This document shows, in pieces, positions 23,583 to 38,236 of a stretch of DNA of 64,000 nt. The stretch spans positions 22,940,001-23,004,000 of the forward strand of contig CM120645.1 in the NCBI GenBank assembly GCA_051362555.1, read 5' to 3'. The notes below the pieces were generated by a model. That model saw nothing but the letters and a program-made list of their open reading frames with translations, was not told the origin of the DNA and did no database searches. The first letter of the stretch is position 1, and each line of letters opens with the position of its first letter. Made by a program: the position numbers and the translations under genes. This stretch comes from Lingula anatina. Its lineage: Eukaryota > Animalia > Brachiopoda.

Positions 23583-26500
23583 ACTGACACATGTCAAGGC
23601 ATATCTATTGGCCAGAGAACTTGACAAGGTGAGATATGGTATTGACTTCTTCACATTAATCTGCGTCTTTATTTGTTCAGGGAGGCAAACTGTCACAACA
23701 AACCTTCAAAATGCCCTCTACTTTGTAATCAACTGATCAATAGTGAGATTTCCGTGTTTACAATTTAAGGGATCATACTTTCAAATTGCCAGGTCTCCAT
23801 AGAAAGCATTAAGCCTTGGAAGTAAGGTGTTCTGTTTAGGTTATATCAGGGTCTCTTTGAACAGAGTACATGTAAAGTCAGCAAGGACTGGAGCCTACAA
23901 AATCATCATGTTCATGTATTACTTGGACTTTTAAAAGTATTAATGATTATCCATACACATGTATCTAATACACTAGACTCTTTAAAGTTTCTAATTTAAT
24001 TTTTAACCTTAATTTAAATATACATTAACCAGGGATTAACATTTCCTAATCATTGAGAACATTTTTTAGAAATATATATCTTTGTGAAATTCAAAATGAC
24101 GAAACATCTGAACAACTGAAAAAATTGGCCACAAGTGTCACTTTTTTCCTCAAATAAACTTATCAGTTTAGTTAAATTAATTGACTTGGAAACATTGCAA
24201 ATATGTCAAATGTCAAATTGCAAATATTACAGCTACATAATAAATCCCTTCTGCTTTCTCTTTTACTTAAAACTCTGCTTTCTGTGTTTTTTAAAATTCT
24301 TGTTCATACATCTTGAGGGTTAAGTTTTAAGTTTCAAGGGCCTTGCAACTGTGTGCATTTTTAAAATTCAGTTTCCCAGCCTTACTATTCCTTACAGGGG
24401 CCAGCATTTTGATAAATTTCACAGGCATGATCAAAGATAAACCCACACCAGTGGTCCCTAAATGATTTGATTCTTGTTTCTTTAGTAAACTGAACATTTA
24501 TTTTTATAACATCAAAGGGGAACACCTTGCTCCATTATGGACATATAATGATAGAAAAACACAGTGAAAGCAACGTAGTTGACTTCCCCTTGAAATTTAC
24601 CTGCGCCATTCATTCTTAGCATAATTTGTGTTTGATCGAAGGTTTGTCTTTTGTTTAACCTGTTTTGAGAGCTTGTTGGTTTAGAAGGGGCACCATAGCG
24701 CAAGGTCAGGTGTAATACATATTTGTCAAAAAGGTTAACAATATACAAGAGTCAAACTTCAGGTGAAAATATTCAAATTATGAGAATCAAAGGAAAAGGC
24801 AGGAACACTACAGGAAGCACAAACAAATTGCCCAAATTCTTGTCATTGCTTGGAGATCCTGATCTGCTTTCAAAGTAAACCTCCACCTTGGTATGATAGC
24901 AAAAATTTTGATTGGAAATAATGTTATATTCTCCATTTTCATATAGCTAAAAAAATGTTTCTCATCTTACATAAGAGATCGTCTTTTAAAGCACAATTCA
25001 TTTCAGTTAAAGGACAAAATAAGCATTCTCTGCTGCACAATGCATACTTCCTGCCTTTAAAAACAGAAAATACAGGGGAAAGATGAACACAGAGTTACTG
25101 AGTACTACTTTTAAACACTGATCTCATCATTTAAAAACTCAGTCATGCGTTTTATTCTCAAAACAATGGTTGCTTCTTTTTTTCTAAAATTAATTTTGCT
25201 ATTTATATATTTTCTATCATTTAAATTTTTCATATATCATTTAAATAAAGAATGGCCCTTCTTAAGGCCAAAATCAATCACATGTGATTACTTAGTGTTT
25301 TGCTATTTAACTTATTTACCCCAGTTAGAGGAAAGAGCACTAAACGGTCATTTAATGTTTCTTTGCTTACAACGCCAAAAAGAAGAGATAAAAGCAAAGA
25401 AAATCTCTTACTTAAGTCGCCCTTTCAACTGAAATGCCAAGTCCTTCCAGCTCTCCATTTTAGGTTAAAAAAAAATGTCAACCTGACACCCGCAGGCCTA
25501 ACAATACAATCACTACCAATAACTGAGCCAAAACATCCATCCCATTAGCAATTACACGAAAGTTTTTTTAACGCAGTATTTTTTTCAACTTTTATTCAAT
25601 TTTCCATCAGCATCATTCTTTAACTGACCACAAGCCTAGCAATAGAACAAACGCCACCTAGCGAACCATCAAAACATCCTGGCCATCATTTCCAGGCCAC
25701 AATAACCAACAAAACAAAATGTTCCCAAACAACGAAATACAAAGTTTACCCACTTTCCTCTAATAAACCCCAAAGAATGCAATACCTTCTTCTCAAATTA
25801 ATACACTAAATGCCACAAACCTCCGCAAAACAAACACCACGAAAAAACCTCTACTGCACAGGTGTTGTCTAATAGCCCCGGGGTGATCACAAGTCACGGT
25901 GACAGACATCAAAGCCTAGCCTCTGTTTGAATTGTGTTCTCTGTGTTTGTTAACACACAAAAACAGAAGTTTGATGTCATTTACAGTTGGAAACTGGGGA
26001 CACAGTGGCAATGCACTGGCAGAGCTAAGGATACAGGACACAGATTCATCTCTGCTCAATTTTAAATAAAGGCCCCTAAATGCATTATACTGTTTAATAA
26101 ACAGCGCACCTGTTTTTCAAAGGGTCAGTATAGAAAACAACATACAATTTACTGTTTTGTGAGCTATGCAATCAAAAAAAATTCACTGCACTGACAAAAA
26201 ATTATCTTACTTTGCGGGCCAGCACCTGCATTCTTGCCAAACTTATACATTTATGAATTTTCGGGGAAAATATCTATTTAATTTCGCTTTGAAAACCAGG
26301 ATGAACAAAAGATCTTAAAATTCCATTCACTTCTGGCAATAAAGGTTACAGTTTATGACCTTCTCCAAACATTTATCAAGCCTGCTTTGTAATAAAAGAT
26401 ACTGAATTTGCTAGTAGTAGTGTCTCTGGATAAGAGATTCCTGGTCTAGAGTGTTGTGTCATTTACCCTCCTATATCTGCACTGATCACACCATCACACA

Positions 26501-28959
26501 TTCCTTGTACACACAAATGTCAATCAAATGTCAATTAATGACAAATACTTCACACCTCTCTGGGTAACTGAGACGAGCAGTCACAATGAGGTTGTCACAA
26601 TGAGGATGTTTGGCATCACCAGGTCCGCAGCCAGCAGTATCAAAAGAGAGATTCTTTTTCTGAAAAAGTAGACTGATTCTTCCCTTTCATTTACCCATTT
26701 CGAGAAATAACATAAAACTTGGATCAATTTCGATTCCAAGAGAATGTTTCTGAAGAAAGGGTGTTTTATTTAAATGCTGCCCCATCTCCCCTCCACGTAT
26801 GGCCAGAGATGGACGTCCTTGTAAAAATGAGACTAACCATCATGTAAATAGGCTTATGTGCCTTCTGTCTGGTATGTGAATCCTGATGCCATGCTTATAA
26901 CAGCTACCACATGAGGAAATGTACTTATAAAAAATTGCAAACTGTTTATGTACTTAAACTAAAAGAGACAGTGATTACATTTACATCAGCAATATGGTTG
27001 TTTATCTGAGATGCCCAATAAGAAACATTAATGTATAAAATTCATCGGAACTTTCTGAAACTGGCTCTGTTTGCTGGTCTGATTGTTTTTATTCATGTCT
27101 ATTCATTTATTTGTTTACCTGTTCACCTGGATGGTTGTGATTTTAAATGGTATACATTTATTCTTAACTTTTCTCTTAATCAAGCATATAATAAGTCTCC
27201 AATTTGTACTTGTTAATCTAACTCGTTCAACATCACATAATGTAACAGGGTCCTCTAAAAAAAACATTTATTTTCTTTCATCTGCCTCAAATAACATTGT
27301 GCAAGGCCATTTACAGGTTTAAAGTGCTATTTCCTAAATTACAAACATTTCTTTTACCTCTCCAGGTGCTAACTAAAGACATTTACCATTTACATTTATT
27401 AATACATTGAAATTCATTTGCTTTTTTTTTTCTTTTTAAACTTCAATTAGGGATGTCTTTTTTCTACATTAAATGAAAAACACAATTAAAATTTATCATG
27501 TTGTCATATTTACCAGGTTCATCTCATACATAAAACAGACTGCGGCAACTTCATGTACTACTACTCTTGAAATACGTGTAAGTAACAGGAGATTTAGGGG
27601 GCAGAAAGTCCCTATACAGAAACTTGTCTGTCTGCATGAGGAGCATTTCATTTGGAATTTACCCTTTTTTTTCAAAACCAAAAAAATCTTTAATTGTCTT
27701 CAACAAAACAATAGGGTTTAAGATAATTCTTGCCATTTTCTGACAGACATAATTTGTCAGTAGCAAATTAAACAAATTGTGTTTCAACAATGTGTCTTTG
27801 AAATAACTGTGACATCTAAACAGATAGACATCTCTATGTTAATTAAAAATTCTCTCCCCAACATTTTTTGCCCAGATCGAGTCACAAGTCCAACAAGAGA
27901 CTCAGTCTGAATAAGAGAAATGCATCAAAAATTCCAATTTTCTTTTTGTATTCAATTCCAATGTATGCAAGCTTGACTGACAAGGAAACAGCCCAAAAAA
28001 TTCAATTCTTATAGTGTGCTACATGAAAAAATTTGTCACATTGCCGAATCTATTTCATCAAAATCAAATATGTTACTGATAATTTTGTGGAATACTAAAA
28101 TATGGACCAGTGGCAGCAATCCTGGAACAGAAAATCCCATTTTATATTTTACAGGCTTAAGCCAGGTGGGGAGGGAGAAGGGGGGGGCAGAAATGGTCAG
28201 CCCCGAAATGAAACTGCTACATGGCTAGAGCTCCCCCCCCCCTTCACATACATGTTCTACGTTAAAGTTTTTAGAAACAAAATAACCGTGTGTACTAGGT
28301 CTCTGACGTACCACAGAGGTGCACCTAAAGGTCAGGAGGAGTGACACACATGCACATGCAATCCAACAATTATACTAAAATTGACAAAAAGGTGTCACCA
28401 AATCTCACACCTGTGTATAATGACAAATTATTTCAAATCATGCGACTTCTCCCACTTACAATGATGACTACAAACAAGGATTTAATTCTAACCAGTGTAC
28501 ATACATTTATGAGATCATTGTCAGGGTCGTGGAGTAAATCAAAATAATGAAGGTCTTATGGGTAACTCTACAGGACGACTTTAACACATTTGACATCATG
28601 CCAAAGGGTTTAATTTACAGGAAAAACTCATTCCCCATTTGTAACAACTATCTTGGCAACATAAAAATGACCATAGCATAACTTCGACTGTAAAAATTAA
28701 AAAATCCACGTCAACGTGTTGTTCTTATGAAATTCACAAATACTCCCCCTCCTAAGAACCCCCTCATCCTTCCCCCCACCCCCCCACCCCCCACACACCC
28801 ACCCCACAAGAGCATACTTTGCCACAGTGCTAGAATTATCTTTAACTTACCCAAATTAAACTTAAATCATTGGTGCTTGTATAACACGACCCCAGTCTTT
28901 CTTCACCCGATGTGCATGAAATTGCTGATCCCATCTTATGTGGCTGTCTGAGTTCAGTT

Positions 28960-30720
28960 ACAGCCTCTTAAAAGTCAACTTGAAATTCAATGGCCAGTGA
29001 ACAAAAGCTCTCCTCTTTCACGCTGGCAGACAACGGTGGTTTTGAAACCGCCTGACGTTGTTGCTTTTTATCTGATCCTTTTTTAACCTGGCAGAATTTG
29101 GTCCTTCAAATGTCTGGCAGCCACTTAATACACTTCTACCGCCTTGTTTGTGCGATAAGATGCAAATGTTTTTCTTTTTTCACTGCTTTTTTGTTTCGCT
29201 TGGCTGCACTGTTTTAATCCGCAGTTGCTCAGTTTTTATTTCTCTTTCTTGCAAATATCTTGTCACGTTGTATCTATTTGCAATTTCTTCAGACTTTTCC
29301 ACATTTGTCAAAAGTACATTTTCATCAAATGCACTAACTGACACAAAAAAAGCTAAATAATCAAGTCACTGAGTTAGTTGTTTAATTAGTCCACTTTTTA
29401 GGAAAATAATTTCATTAAATATCACACAAGAAAAGAAATCAAAATGGATGACTGCTGCTGCTGACCAAACAGCCATCTTAGACAGCAAGTAAACTTGGTA
29501 ACAGTGCAAAGCACAGTGGAATACTGTTAAAATGTAGCAACTGGTCAAAGACAAAAACAGCAATTAACAATAATCTTCCTACAACAAACTGTCAGTCTTC
29601 TGTCACCACAGACTACTAGTGAGACACCAGTCAGCAATGGTGTTGGTGTCCCAACGTTGCTAGATCTGTCTCCAACTTGGTACCATGATGGCATCAGTTG
29701 ACTACACGTCCTGACGAAGACATCAGCGATGAGGGTTTCCCCACGTACTGCCCTCTTCTGCTCTTCAGTGAGGAGTGGAAGAGCAAGAGATTCAAAAATC
29801 ACAGCAACACCACCAAGTTCAACTCACGAGAAAGGTTCTGAGAAAATTACCACTCTAAGGAATCCTGGGAATGAATTTCCAGGCTCAAAGTTGTTGTCGT
29901 CTCTCCTCACTTCCACACCTGATACTGAGCCAGGAATAGCTCTCGACCTTCCGAAAACTCTGCCATCAGTGTAGACATGGCCAATACATTTGGTTCACTA
30001 CCAAATAGCCATTGCCAACTGCAAGTGTTAAGTGCCTTCTTTTCTTAGATCTTTCAGCAAATTGTCACTTTTTTCACCAGACACTGATTCATAAATCCAA
30101 TTTTCTTTCAATGATTTGTCACTAAATTTAATCAAAGAACATTTTTGTCAAGAACGTCTCAGAATCACTTAGCACCTTGGGCAGTGTCCTTTGACCTACG
30201 TGTCCCTGTGTCCTTTTTTAGTTCACTAATTTGAACAAGTGATCTTCATGTTTATAACCAGTCCCCTGTTCTCTGTGGTGTATGAAAAAAATCCAAGTCA
30301 CTTGATAAAAGACTGATATACTTGCCACCATCATCATCATCATCAGATAAGGTAAAGCTAATTGCAGGTTTCAAAAATATCTCGATTATCCATTCATCTT
30401 AGATGTGCTAAAATGCAATTAGGCCCTAGATGTGTATAAAATAAAGGCAGTATTATCAAACCACATACAGGGGACTTAAACTGATCAATATTCTCAGAAG
30501 TGAGGATATTTTCGAAGATGGGAATGATGGGTAATCCATGTTGTTCAAATTGTCAGACGACACCTTGCTAGACCCCTTGAGTAATGAACTTGTGGCCCCC
30601 TCACTGGCTTTACTGCCGAGTTTAGCAGCTAACAATGTAATTACTGACAGGGATATTTGGCGATAATTACTTTGATGTGCGTAGATCAAAAGCTACTGAC
30701 CAGCTCGATACTATGACCAG
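28960..30720 (-). pseudogene. Cluster of decayed coding-like segments (possible pseudogene exons or captured gene fragment)
   Basis: Three minus-strand blocks follow acceptor-like sites (TCCTCACCACAG at 30721, GCAATTAG at 30358, TTTTTTGTGTCAG at 29338) and have long stretches with sparse stops, e.g. SAFDENVLLTNVEKSEEIANRYNVTRYLQEREIKTEQLRIKTVQPSETKKQ* and LIKFSDKSLKENWIYESVSGEKSDNLLKDLRKEG. A GTATGT donor-like site is at 30468. Stops and frameshifts are present and no family was recognised. Confidence 0.3.
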
Positions 30721-31079
30721 CTGTGGTGAGGACAGATGATGATGGTTATGTAGGAGATTTAGCAGGTAGATGGCACATAAAGTGATCCTTCTTAATTAAC
30801 TTGAGCATTGACTTATTAACTTTGGTGAAATATTACATTCATATCTATCTATCTATCTACCTATCTATCTATCCACATCTAACTGTGTATCTTTCTATCT
30901 ATTCAGCCACTCACTTCTAAATTTATTTATTTAATTGTCAGTTTATTCATCATTTACTGAGGTTTCAGGTGAAATATTCTTGACATATTTTGGGTTAGCA
31001 GGAGCTGATACAGAGATATTTTCTGACATTCTTCCAAATTATGTTTGTTGATCCATCCTCCATTTTTGACCGTCTTCTG

Positions 31080-31167
31080 ACAGAAAAAAATTAGATACTC
31101 TTCAATGTAAACTTGAAAATCTGACTGTCTTCCGGAAGACCCAGAAGATGGCCTAAATCTGTCCCTG
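31080..31167 (+). repeat. Dispersed ~88-bp repeat, copy 1 (TE fragment of unknown family)
   Basis: ACAGAAAAAAATTAGATACTCTTCAATGTAAACTTGAAAATCTGACTGTCTTCCGGAAGACCCAGAAG is closely similar to 47065-47151. Confidence 0.8.
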
Positions 31168-32856
31168 GTTAGGTTCTGAATCTGCAGAACCAGCTTAAGA
31201 GGAGGTTACTACACTAAGGACTATCTTAATTTCATCATATATTGCCTATTCCAAGCACACCTTTGATTATCTTTTCCTTTTTTTGCTATTTGCAATATAA
31301 TTTAAGTACAATGCCAAATTTTATCCTGGCATTTCACTTTCTACACTCGGATATCGCTATCAGTTTCTTTTGGTTAAAAGGACGTCTGTTTTTTTTTTCT
31401 TTTTAAGTTGCCTATTCACCTCCATTTAAATCAATTCTTCAATTAAGAGAAAAAGAACAATTGTCTCTTTCTAATCTTTTGATGTTAATGACTTTCTTTA
31501 TCTTGAACCTCACAAGCAATAGTAATCTCTGCTTTTGCAGTTTTCAATTTCACCAATAATTGATTGCAATGTCTGGTGGGGAAGACATTGCTTTGAATCA
31601 GTTACATTTAAGAAAAAATTTGACTTGATTAGACCAAATTACTGCTATACATATGAGGTTTTAATTAACCTCATTTTCTTTCAATTAACTGAATTATCAC
31701 TCAAGGGGTAATTTGATATTTCTTTGTACATGGTGATCAAAAGCCAAAAGTTATTTAGAACAATGTCCTGAACAATGACAAAAAACACAACATCTAGTAA
31801 GACTAAAACAATTAAGATATAATCTCATCTCAAGGGTTTAGGATAACCATTCAGCTAGCTCCCAAGAAGATTGTGGCTAATATCCATCTTTACAAGTCAA
31901 AGTGAGTTTTTTTTTCAAATTTTTAATAAATCATAAAATCTCATTTCATGAAATCACCCGTTTTATCTGATTCTCTCCCTCCCCCCCCCCCCTTCACCAT
32001 TCCCCACTGGCTTTATAAAACTTTTCCTTTTAATCAACTGAAACTAATTGCTTTACATCTCAGAAACACTTGACCATAAGGTGACCATGTCTGATCTTTT
32101 CATCTTCCAGCACCTTTCTCCACATCCATGCCTCCTCTATCTCCATCTAACAGTCAGGTTATAATTGAAGGCTATCCCTTACAGTGGGTTATATATTGAT
32201 CTTTTGAAGCCATTTGCTAGTTAGTCTAATCAAATGTATTTTTGGTAGCGGAGGTGTGATCATCTCACCGTATCACGTACCCCCTGTGGAAAACCTCCAG
32301 CTTGGCAGAGTTCAGAAATACTGCAGCGTATCTTTGATGTTCGGTGGTCCACAGCATGTGGTTCTCACCACAGCATATGTCTTAGTTGTCGATTGCAACC
32401 TGTGTAGTTGTCATTTTTGCTCAATTTTATATTATCATTAAATCAAACAAAATAATAACACCTCTTTTAAATATAGAGAAAATACCTGAATAATACGTAC
32501 ATCATTATAACAATGCTTCATTTTTCTAAATTAATTTTATTGAACAATGAAAGACCTAGTGTATCTCTCCTACAAAAACACCATTTATCCCATAGTTAGA
32601 AAATCAGCTCATTGGTTTCTTATGTAATTTTTCTTATAAAAATTCTTTTTTTTTTTTCAGATTCCCAGCAAATATTGCTAAAAACATAATACATCTTTTC
32701 TTTTTAACAAAAAAATTATTTACAGAAATAATGAAACTGCAAGGTATATAAGATGCATTTACTTTGGCTTAATTAAGCCCAGTAAAAAAAAAAAATAAAG
32801 GGCGTATTTATTGCCATGATGGTAGATATTAAGTAGTAAAAAGCTGTAGTAGTAGG

Positions 32857-33469
32857 TAGACTCGCCCTTCAAGAAATCGACGCCTTCAAGAAATCGACGA
32901 AAACCGGTAGTGCGTGTTTTTTGCACTGTTTTTCCTGTCATGCCCATCGTAAACACAGTGTTGTCAAGTAAAATGAAGCGTCTGATACAAAGTATCAAAC
33001 GCGGCATTCACGTGCTTGCTTGCGATGCGTTCAGTACACTTTGTTTACACTGACAAGTCGAGGTCAGAAATGCACAATGTTTTTCTATGTAATTACGTAG
33101 TTTCAGTTTTGATTAGTGAATTTTCTTTTATCAGCATGGTCATTTTCCGAACATTTGTATAAGCCACGAAATATTTCTCATCGGAAAATCACACAGCAGC
33201 TTTCCAAGTACAAGCGAGTGACGTCATGACGCACTTCCGGTTTTCGTCGAGATCTTGAAGGGATTAGCGTTACGGTTTGCTGCACATTTAAAGCGTTCTG
33301 TCTCAAAATGTACTTAACTGCTTGGATTGAAATTTACGGAACTTATTCTTCACATGATATCACACATATGTGCTTAATTTGAGAGCTTTAGCTGTGATAT
33401 GTTTTCTACAGTGCCCATTCAAATTTGAAAAAGAGCTATTTTCCGTCGATTTCTTGAAGGGCAAGTCTA
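32857..33469. mobile_element. CpG-rich MITE / non-autonomous DNA transposon with terminal and internal inverted repeats
   Basis: Left end TAGACTCGCCCTTCAAGAAATCGACG and right end CGTCGATTTCTTGAAGGGCAAGTCTA form 26-bp TIRs with 1 mismatch. CCTTCAAGAAATCGACG is tandemly duplicated at 32866-32899. A further inverted copy lies at 33229-33262. Both flanks are (TAG)n-like. Confidence 0.8.
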
Positions 33470-36400
33470 GTAGTAGTAGTAGGTAAACAATTTTCTTCTA
33501 TATCCAAGCCAACATCTTACGTATATGTACGTGGACAGTATAATAGGCCAGCCAGTTATTACATTCTGATCACAACAGAATTAATATTGTATGACATCAC
33601 AGCCTGCCATCAAATTAACTTTGCATATTTAAGTTGGCATAATCTGCCTGAATTCTACCCACATAAAAAATCTCCAAAGTTCAAGCAATAGCTTAAAGGG
33701 CTCCATCGTTAAACTTGCGAGTTACTAATGTAAAAGAACTCAAAGATCTTAATGGCTGCCGTCTTGGTATTATATCATTCAGGTTATTTCATACTAATAA
33801 GAAGAGTGTGTGTCAGCTTGCCTGTGTAACAGCACAGGTCACAGGTGTCAGTGACAGGAGGACCACTGATGACAGTGGTAATGAGGATGGGTTTAAGTCA
33901 GGAATTCCCAACTCTACACACTTAGAATTGGTACTTCTGAATACTAATTTTTAATCAATATGCTGGTAAAAGTGTTGATTGAAGTGTGCACGCATGTGTG
34001 TGTATGTGTATGCATTCGTGCGTATGTTGATAGCTCTATCTCTGCATAAGGTACAACCACCAATCTTAGCTCTTTAAAAGCTTTAAAAAGAAAAATGCCA
34101 CAAAAATAATAGCAAAACTAAAAACAATGAAATAACGTAAAGCCATTCCTCAATTTCTTCATATATTCCGTTCTGTCAGATTCAGTACAACCTATTTTGA
34201 CACTTATCCACAACTCAAAAGGAAAAATTTAACAAAATAAAGAAAAAAAAAACAAAAAACACTGACGCACAAGACATAACCTCCTCCTGGGCCGTCACTG
34301 TTCACATGTACTCCCCTGAGGTCAGACAAGACACTCCCGGTGTGGCCTTAATAAATACAATGTTCTACAAATGTTCCTAATTCTTCAGACTAGATACATT
34401 TCCCCCACATCACAATGGCGTTATAAGAACCACATGGGATGCATTGTGCAAACGGTTAAGGTACAATATGCTACACATGTTGAACTCATGGCCAGTATGC
34501 ATGTATAGCACTGCCTTACTGCAGCCTGTGAGAAATTTTACTACACAACATGTAGAATTCCATGCAACAAAATAAGAAACAATGTCCTTAAATAACCAAG
34601 ACTGACAAAAATGGAGACCCTCCAATGGGTTGAGTGAACAAGGTGGACAGATTTAGCAAATAGGCAAATGTGTTGTTGAGGTGCATTCAAACAACTTTTC
34701 CTGGAAAAGTTTGAAAAAAAATATGTGTAGGCCCATGCCAGCCGTAGTACCATTTCCAGGCAAGAAAGAAAAAATTACATTATGAAAAACCCCATACATA
34801 TAATTACATTTTGTTAAATATTCCTCTCTAGATGAACACATTACCTTTTTTATCATGACAAAAACCGCATCTTTAAATCAAATGTTAAATCTTTCAATGT
34901 AAACTCTTATTCATCAACATCAGACCTTACACCCTATCTGTACTTCATTGTCTTAACAGTCCCATGTCAATCAACTTTATCTGATGTTCAACATGTCACT
35001 TAACTTGCCCAATTTGTTGGTCTACAGGGTCACAGGTAGATAACATTCCAGGGCGTAAAGTTTGCTGTGGAAATTAAAGCAGGATGTACTCCTGGTACTA
35101 GCATTAGCCCCACTCAGATCTGATTAACGATAAGTTGGAAAACAATTAGTGAAACAGAAGTGGTCCTGAAAAGGTCATGCTCAGGCCAGTGGATTCTTGT
35201 TTTCTTGTAAGATTACATTTACTACTACTTCTATTACTAACACTACTATGGTAGGCATATTGTCATCTATTGTAAGATGCACTCAGACCAAAGTGGAGGG
35301 AACCAGACTTTACTTTTACTATAATCGCCACTCTACAATAAAAAACAATTACAAATAATGAAAATATTATAAATCTAAATTAACAGAACCTTAAAAATCA
35401 AATAATGCATATAACACCTTTCAATAAAATTTCTGTTTTATTTATAAAAAAATAAAAACTAATAAAATGTCTCTTCTGAATTGACAATGAGAGGCAACAT
35501 TTTTTAATTAAATAGATAAGTAGTATCCTCAATCAAATTAAATCTAAGGAAATGTAATGAATCTGAATTCAAAAAATTGTACATAAATATTAAAAACCTT
35601 TCCAGTAGCACATTGTTTAGACTACTATAGTTCACATCTGAACACAATCATGGTTATCTCAACTACCACATTTGTGGCAATGGCTGAGATTGCTTTTGTC
35701 TCAACCACCTTGTACTTAACCACCTCCACAGCACAGTCAGTGCTAGAAGCTCTAGCTCAGTGTGACATTTGATATCTGCTCAAAATAACAGCACCCTTCA
35801 CGTTGATCTAATTAGATTAGCTTTTTTCCAAATTAATTAATACTCTTATATCATGCATTTATTATTCATAAACGTATTCCCAATCATCTACCTGCTTGGT
35901 TAAAAAAACCAAATACACACCTCTTAATAGCTTAATCGACGCTTACATTTTGCTGACAATTTCCTCTTTTTCTTGCCTTTCACTTTGACCACAAAAACAT
36001 ACGAATCAACTTTAAAAACCATTCTACAATAACAATATATTTTGTGCATTCTTATGAACCTCTTAAGAGTGCCTCAGAGCACAGTTTTATCATATGCTGC
36101 CACATCTCTAGCTCTGTGTTTCATCACAGCAACAGGAGCCTGTCTAATCTTTATACCTCAGAGAGAAGAGAGTAAATCCCAATAGGCAAAATAAAAATTA
36201 ATTTGACTAAAAAGCTATTTAGTAGCCACTTTGCTAAATATTGCTTCTTGAAATTCTGAATGCACTCAATTTTGGTTAAAACATTTCATCTATAAAAGAG
36301 CCTACATTGTCTATTTTTCTCACCTAAATGAGCAAAACATCAAAGGAGAGGCTTTAAAAATTACATGGACAGCAGTTTCTCTCACACGTCTATTAATGCT

Positions 36401-36820
36401 GATTGGATTAACCATTCACCTTGGTTACTTACAAAATTAGGCACAAAAATGCTTCAAGGAGGCCATGAAGCTTATACATCGCCAGTCAACATGTATTATT
36501 CCAAAGAGTTTATTACCACTCATACCCAGGGCATCTATAATGGAAGAGGGCCTGGGAGAGCAGCATAGAAAAAACTGAAGGCAATTAACCTGGAGATGAT
36601 AAATCATTCTTATTACATTGAGAAATTCATTTCCAAGTTGATATTTAGTCCCAATGATGAAACACACACTGTATTGATCAAGATGTGTATTTGTGGTTGT
36701 GTTATGAAAACAGAGATTATCTTGAAATGATTACTGGGATCAATATGATAAGTAACAGGAGAAAAATAGTGCTAGAAATAACCAATTGCTAAAAGTAAAA
36801 TACCTTCCACTCCCACTCAC

Positions 36821-36829
36821 TGTGTGTGT

Positions 36830-36880
<51 letters not shown>

Positions 36881-36919
36881 GGAGAGAGAGAGAGAGAGGA
36901 AGGGAGGGAGGAAGAGAGA
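36821..36919. repeat. Compound (TG)n(GA)n microsatellite
   Basis: Direct reading. Confidence 0.95.
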
Positions 36920-38236
36920 CAGAAGGCATGGAAATTGAAACAAATACCTCTTTAATCAATCTTGGGTTTGTCTTAAATTATGCAAATAGCATAATGATGC
37001 ATTTCAAATATAGACAAAACAAACTAAAAAACAAACAAAACAGATATGACAGATAAATTAGTTTTCAAGTTTTTGATGTAAAAAGAAGTTGGCTGTGATA
37101 TCAAACTGGACATGGATATCTTCTGTATGGAGGTACAGAGCTGACAACACCACCTTGACACTTAGGGTGACAAGTCCCACCTGAATCTGAAAATAATTTC
37201 AATTACATATTCACTATTTCATATCCAGTGCTTCAGATAACTAAACAACTCCGGGTGAGTAAGAGAAGTGGACATGACACTGCAGAAGTTACACCTGGCA
37301 GCCATCAGTCGGAGACTTGACTAGAAACTGGAGGCGTGCGACAGCTCATTTGCTGTGCAGTAATGTGGTACTTTGTAAATAGCGCCAACACTCCACATGA
37401 ACAAATGCACCAATATACCCACACACAAACATCAATGCATATCCCATCTCCGATAAACCTCCCCGAGGCAAGCCTTCGCATTTTCAGCGATGTTTCCTCT
37501 ATCGGAAGGATAACAGCGCAATCAGCAGACATGAAAGCAATGAACTCTCACACATTTCCTGCTGCCTAATCAAACATGTCCCAATCCAAGGAGACAAGAC
37601 GCAGGGAACCAGGTGGGCAGCTCAGGTGTGTGATGCTACTGTTTAAACACCCATTTATTCTTTGAGTCACTGTTTACTGAAAAACCTTTGATAACACTCT
37701 GAGAAAATGGTTGCTTGGAGTTTTTCTCAGATGTGAAATCTGGAATCGTCAGGACTCTCTAAGAGTCATGTAATGTGACCTAAGAATGGACCCCAAGGTT
37801 GACATGTCAGGTGTGATAATGAAGTGTTTAAATACTGTTATATTACCTGAGTCATCGGCTAATTCAGTGTTATGTCAATAACTTCTCATAGAAATCATAT
37901 CCTCATTTTAACTCGATGACCGTCAAGAGTTTACTGAGCTGGGCCCAGCTGAAACAAGGACTTTCTAGATGCAACGACAAAGTTTTGATCTGTACTTGAT
38001 GCCGTACTACCTGATTTACATTAAGGCCAATATATTCCTCATAAAACAATATTATTGACTAATTATATAAATAGATGAGGAAATAATTAATCAATCAATT
38101 AAGAAAACACTCATGATTAAATATATACATGCATGCAAATATACATTTACACACACAAACACACAATCATATTAACAAAAATAAATGAATTAATGAAATG
38201 AAATGCACTGGGTATAGATGTTACATAACAAAATTG

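Noticed and set aside
29690-29990. RNase H-like reading HVYTDG...VELGGV...VRTCSQ on the minus strand
   Set aside because: The spacing is suggestive, but the third acidic residue is missing, there is an in-frame stop and there is no adjacent RT or integrase. Kept only as an alternative explanation for the decayed coding-like cluster.
37085-37102. Minus-strand TATCACAGCCA resembling miR-2
   Set aside because: Only 11 nt match and no pre-miRNA hairpin is visible.
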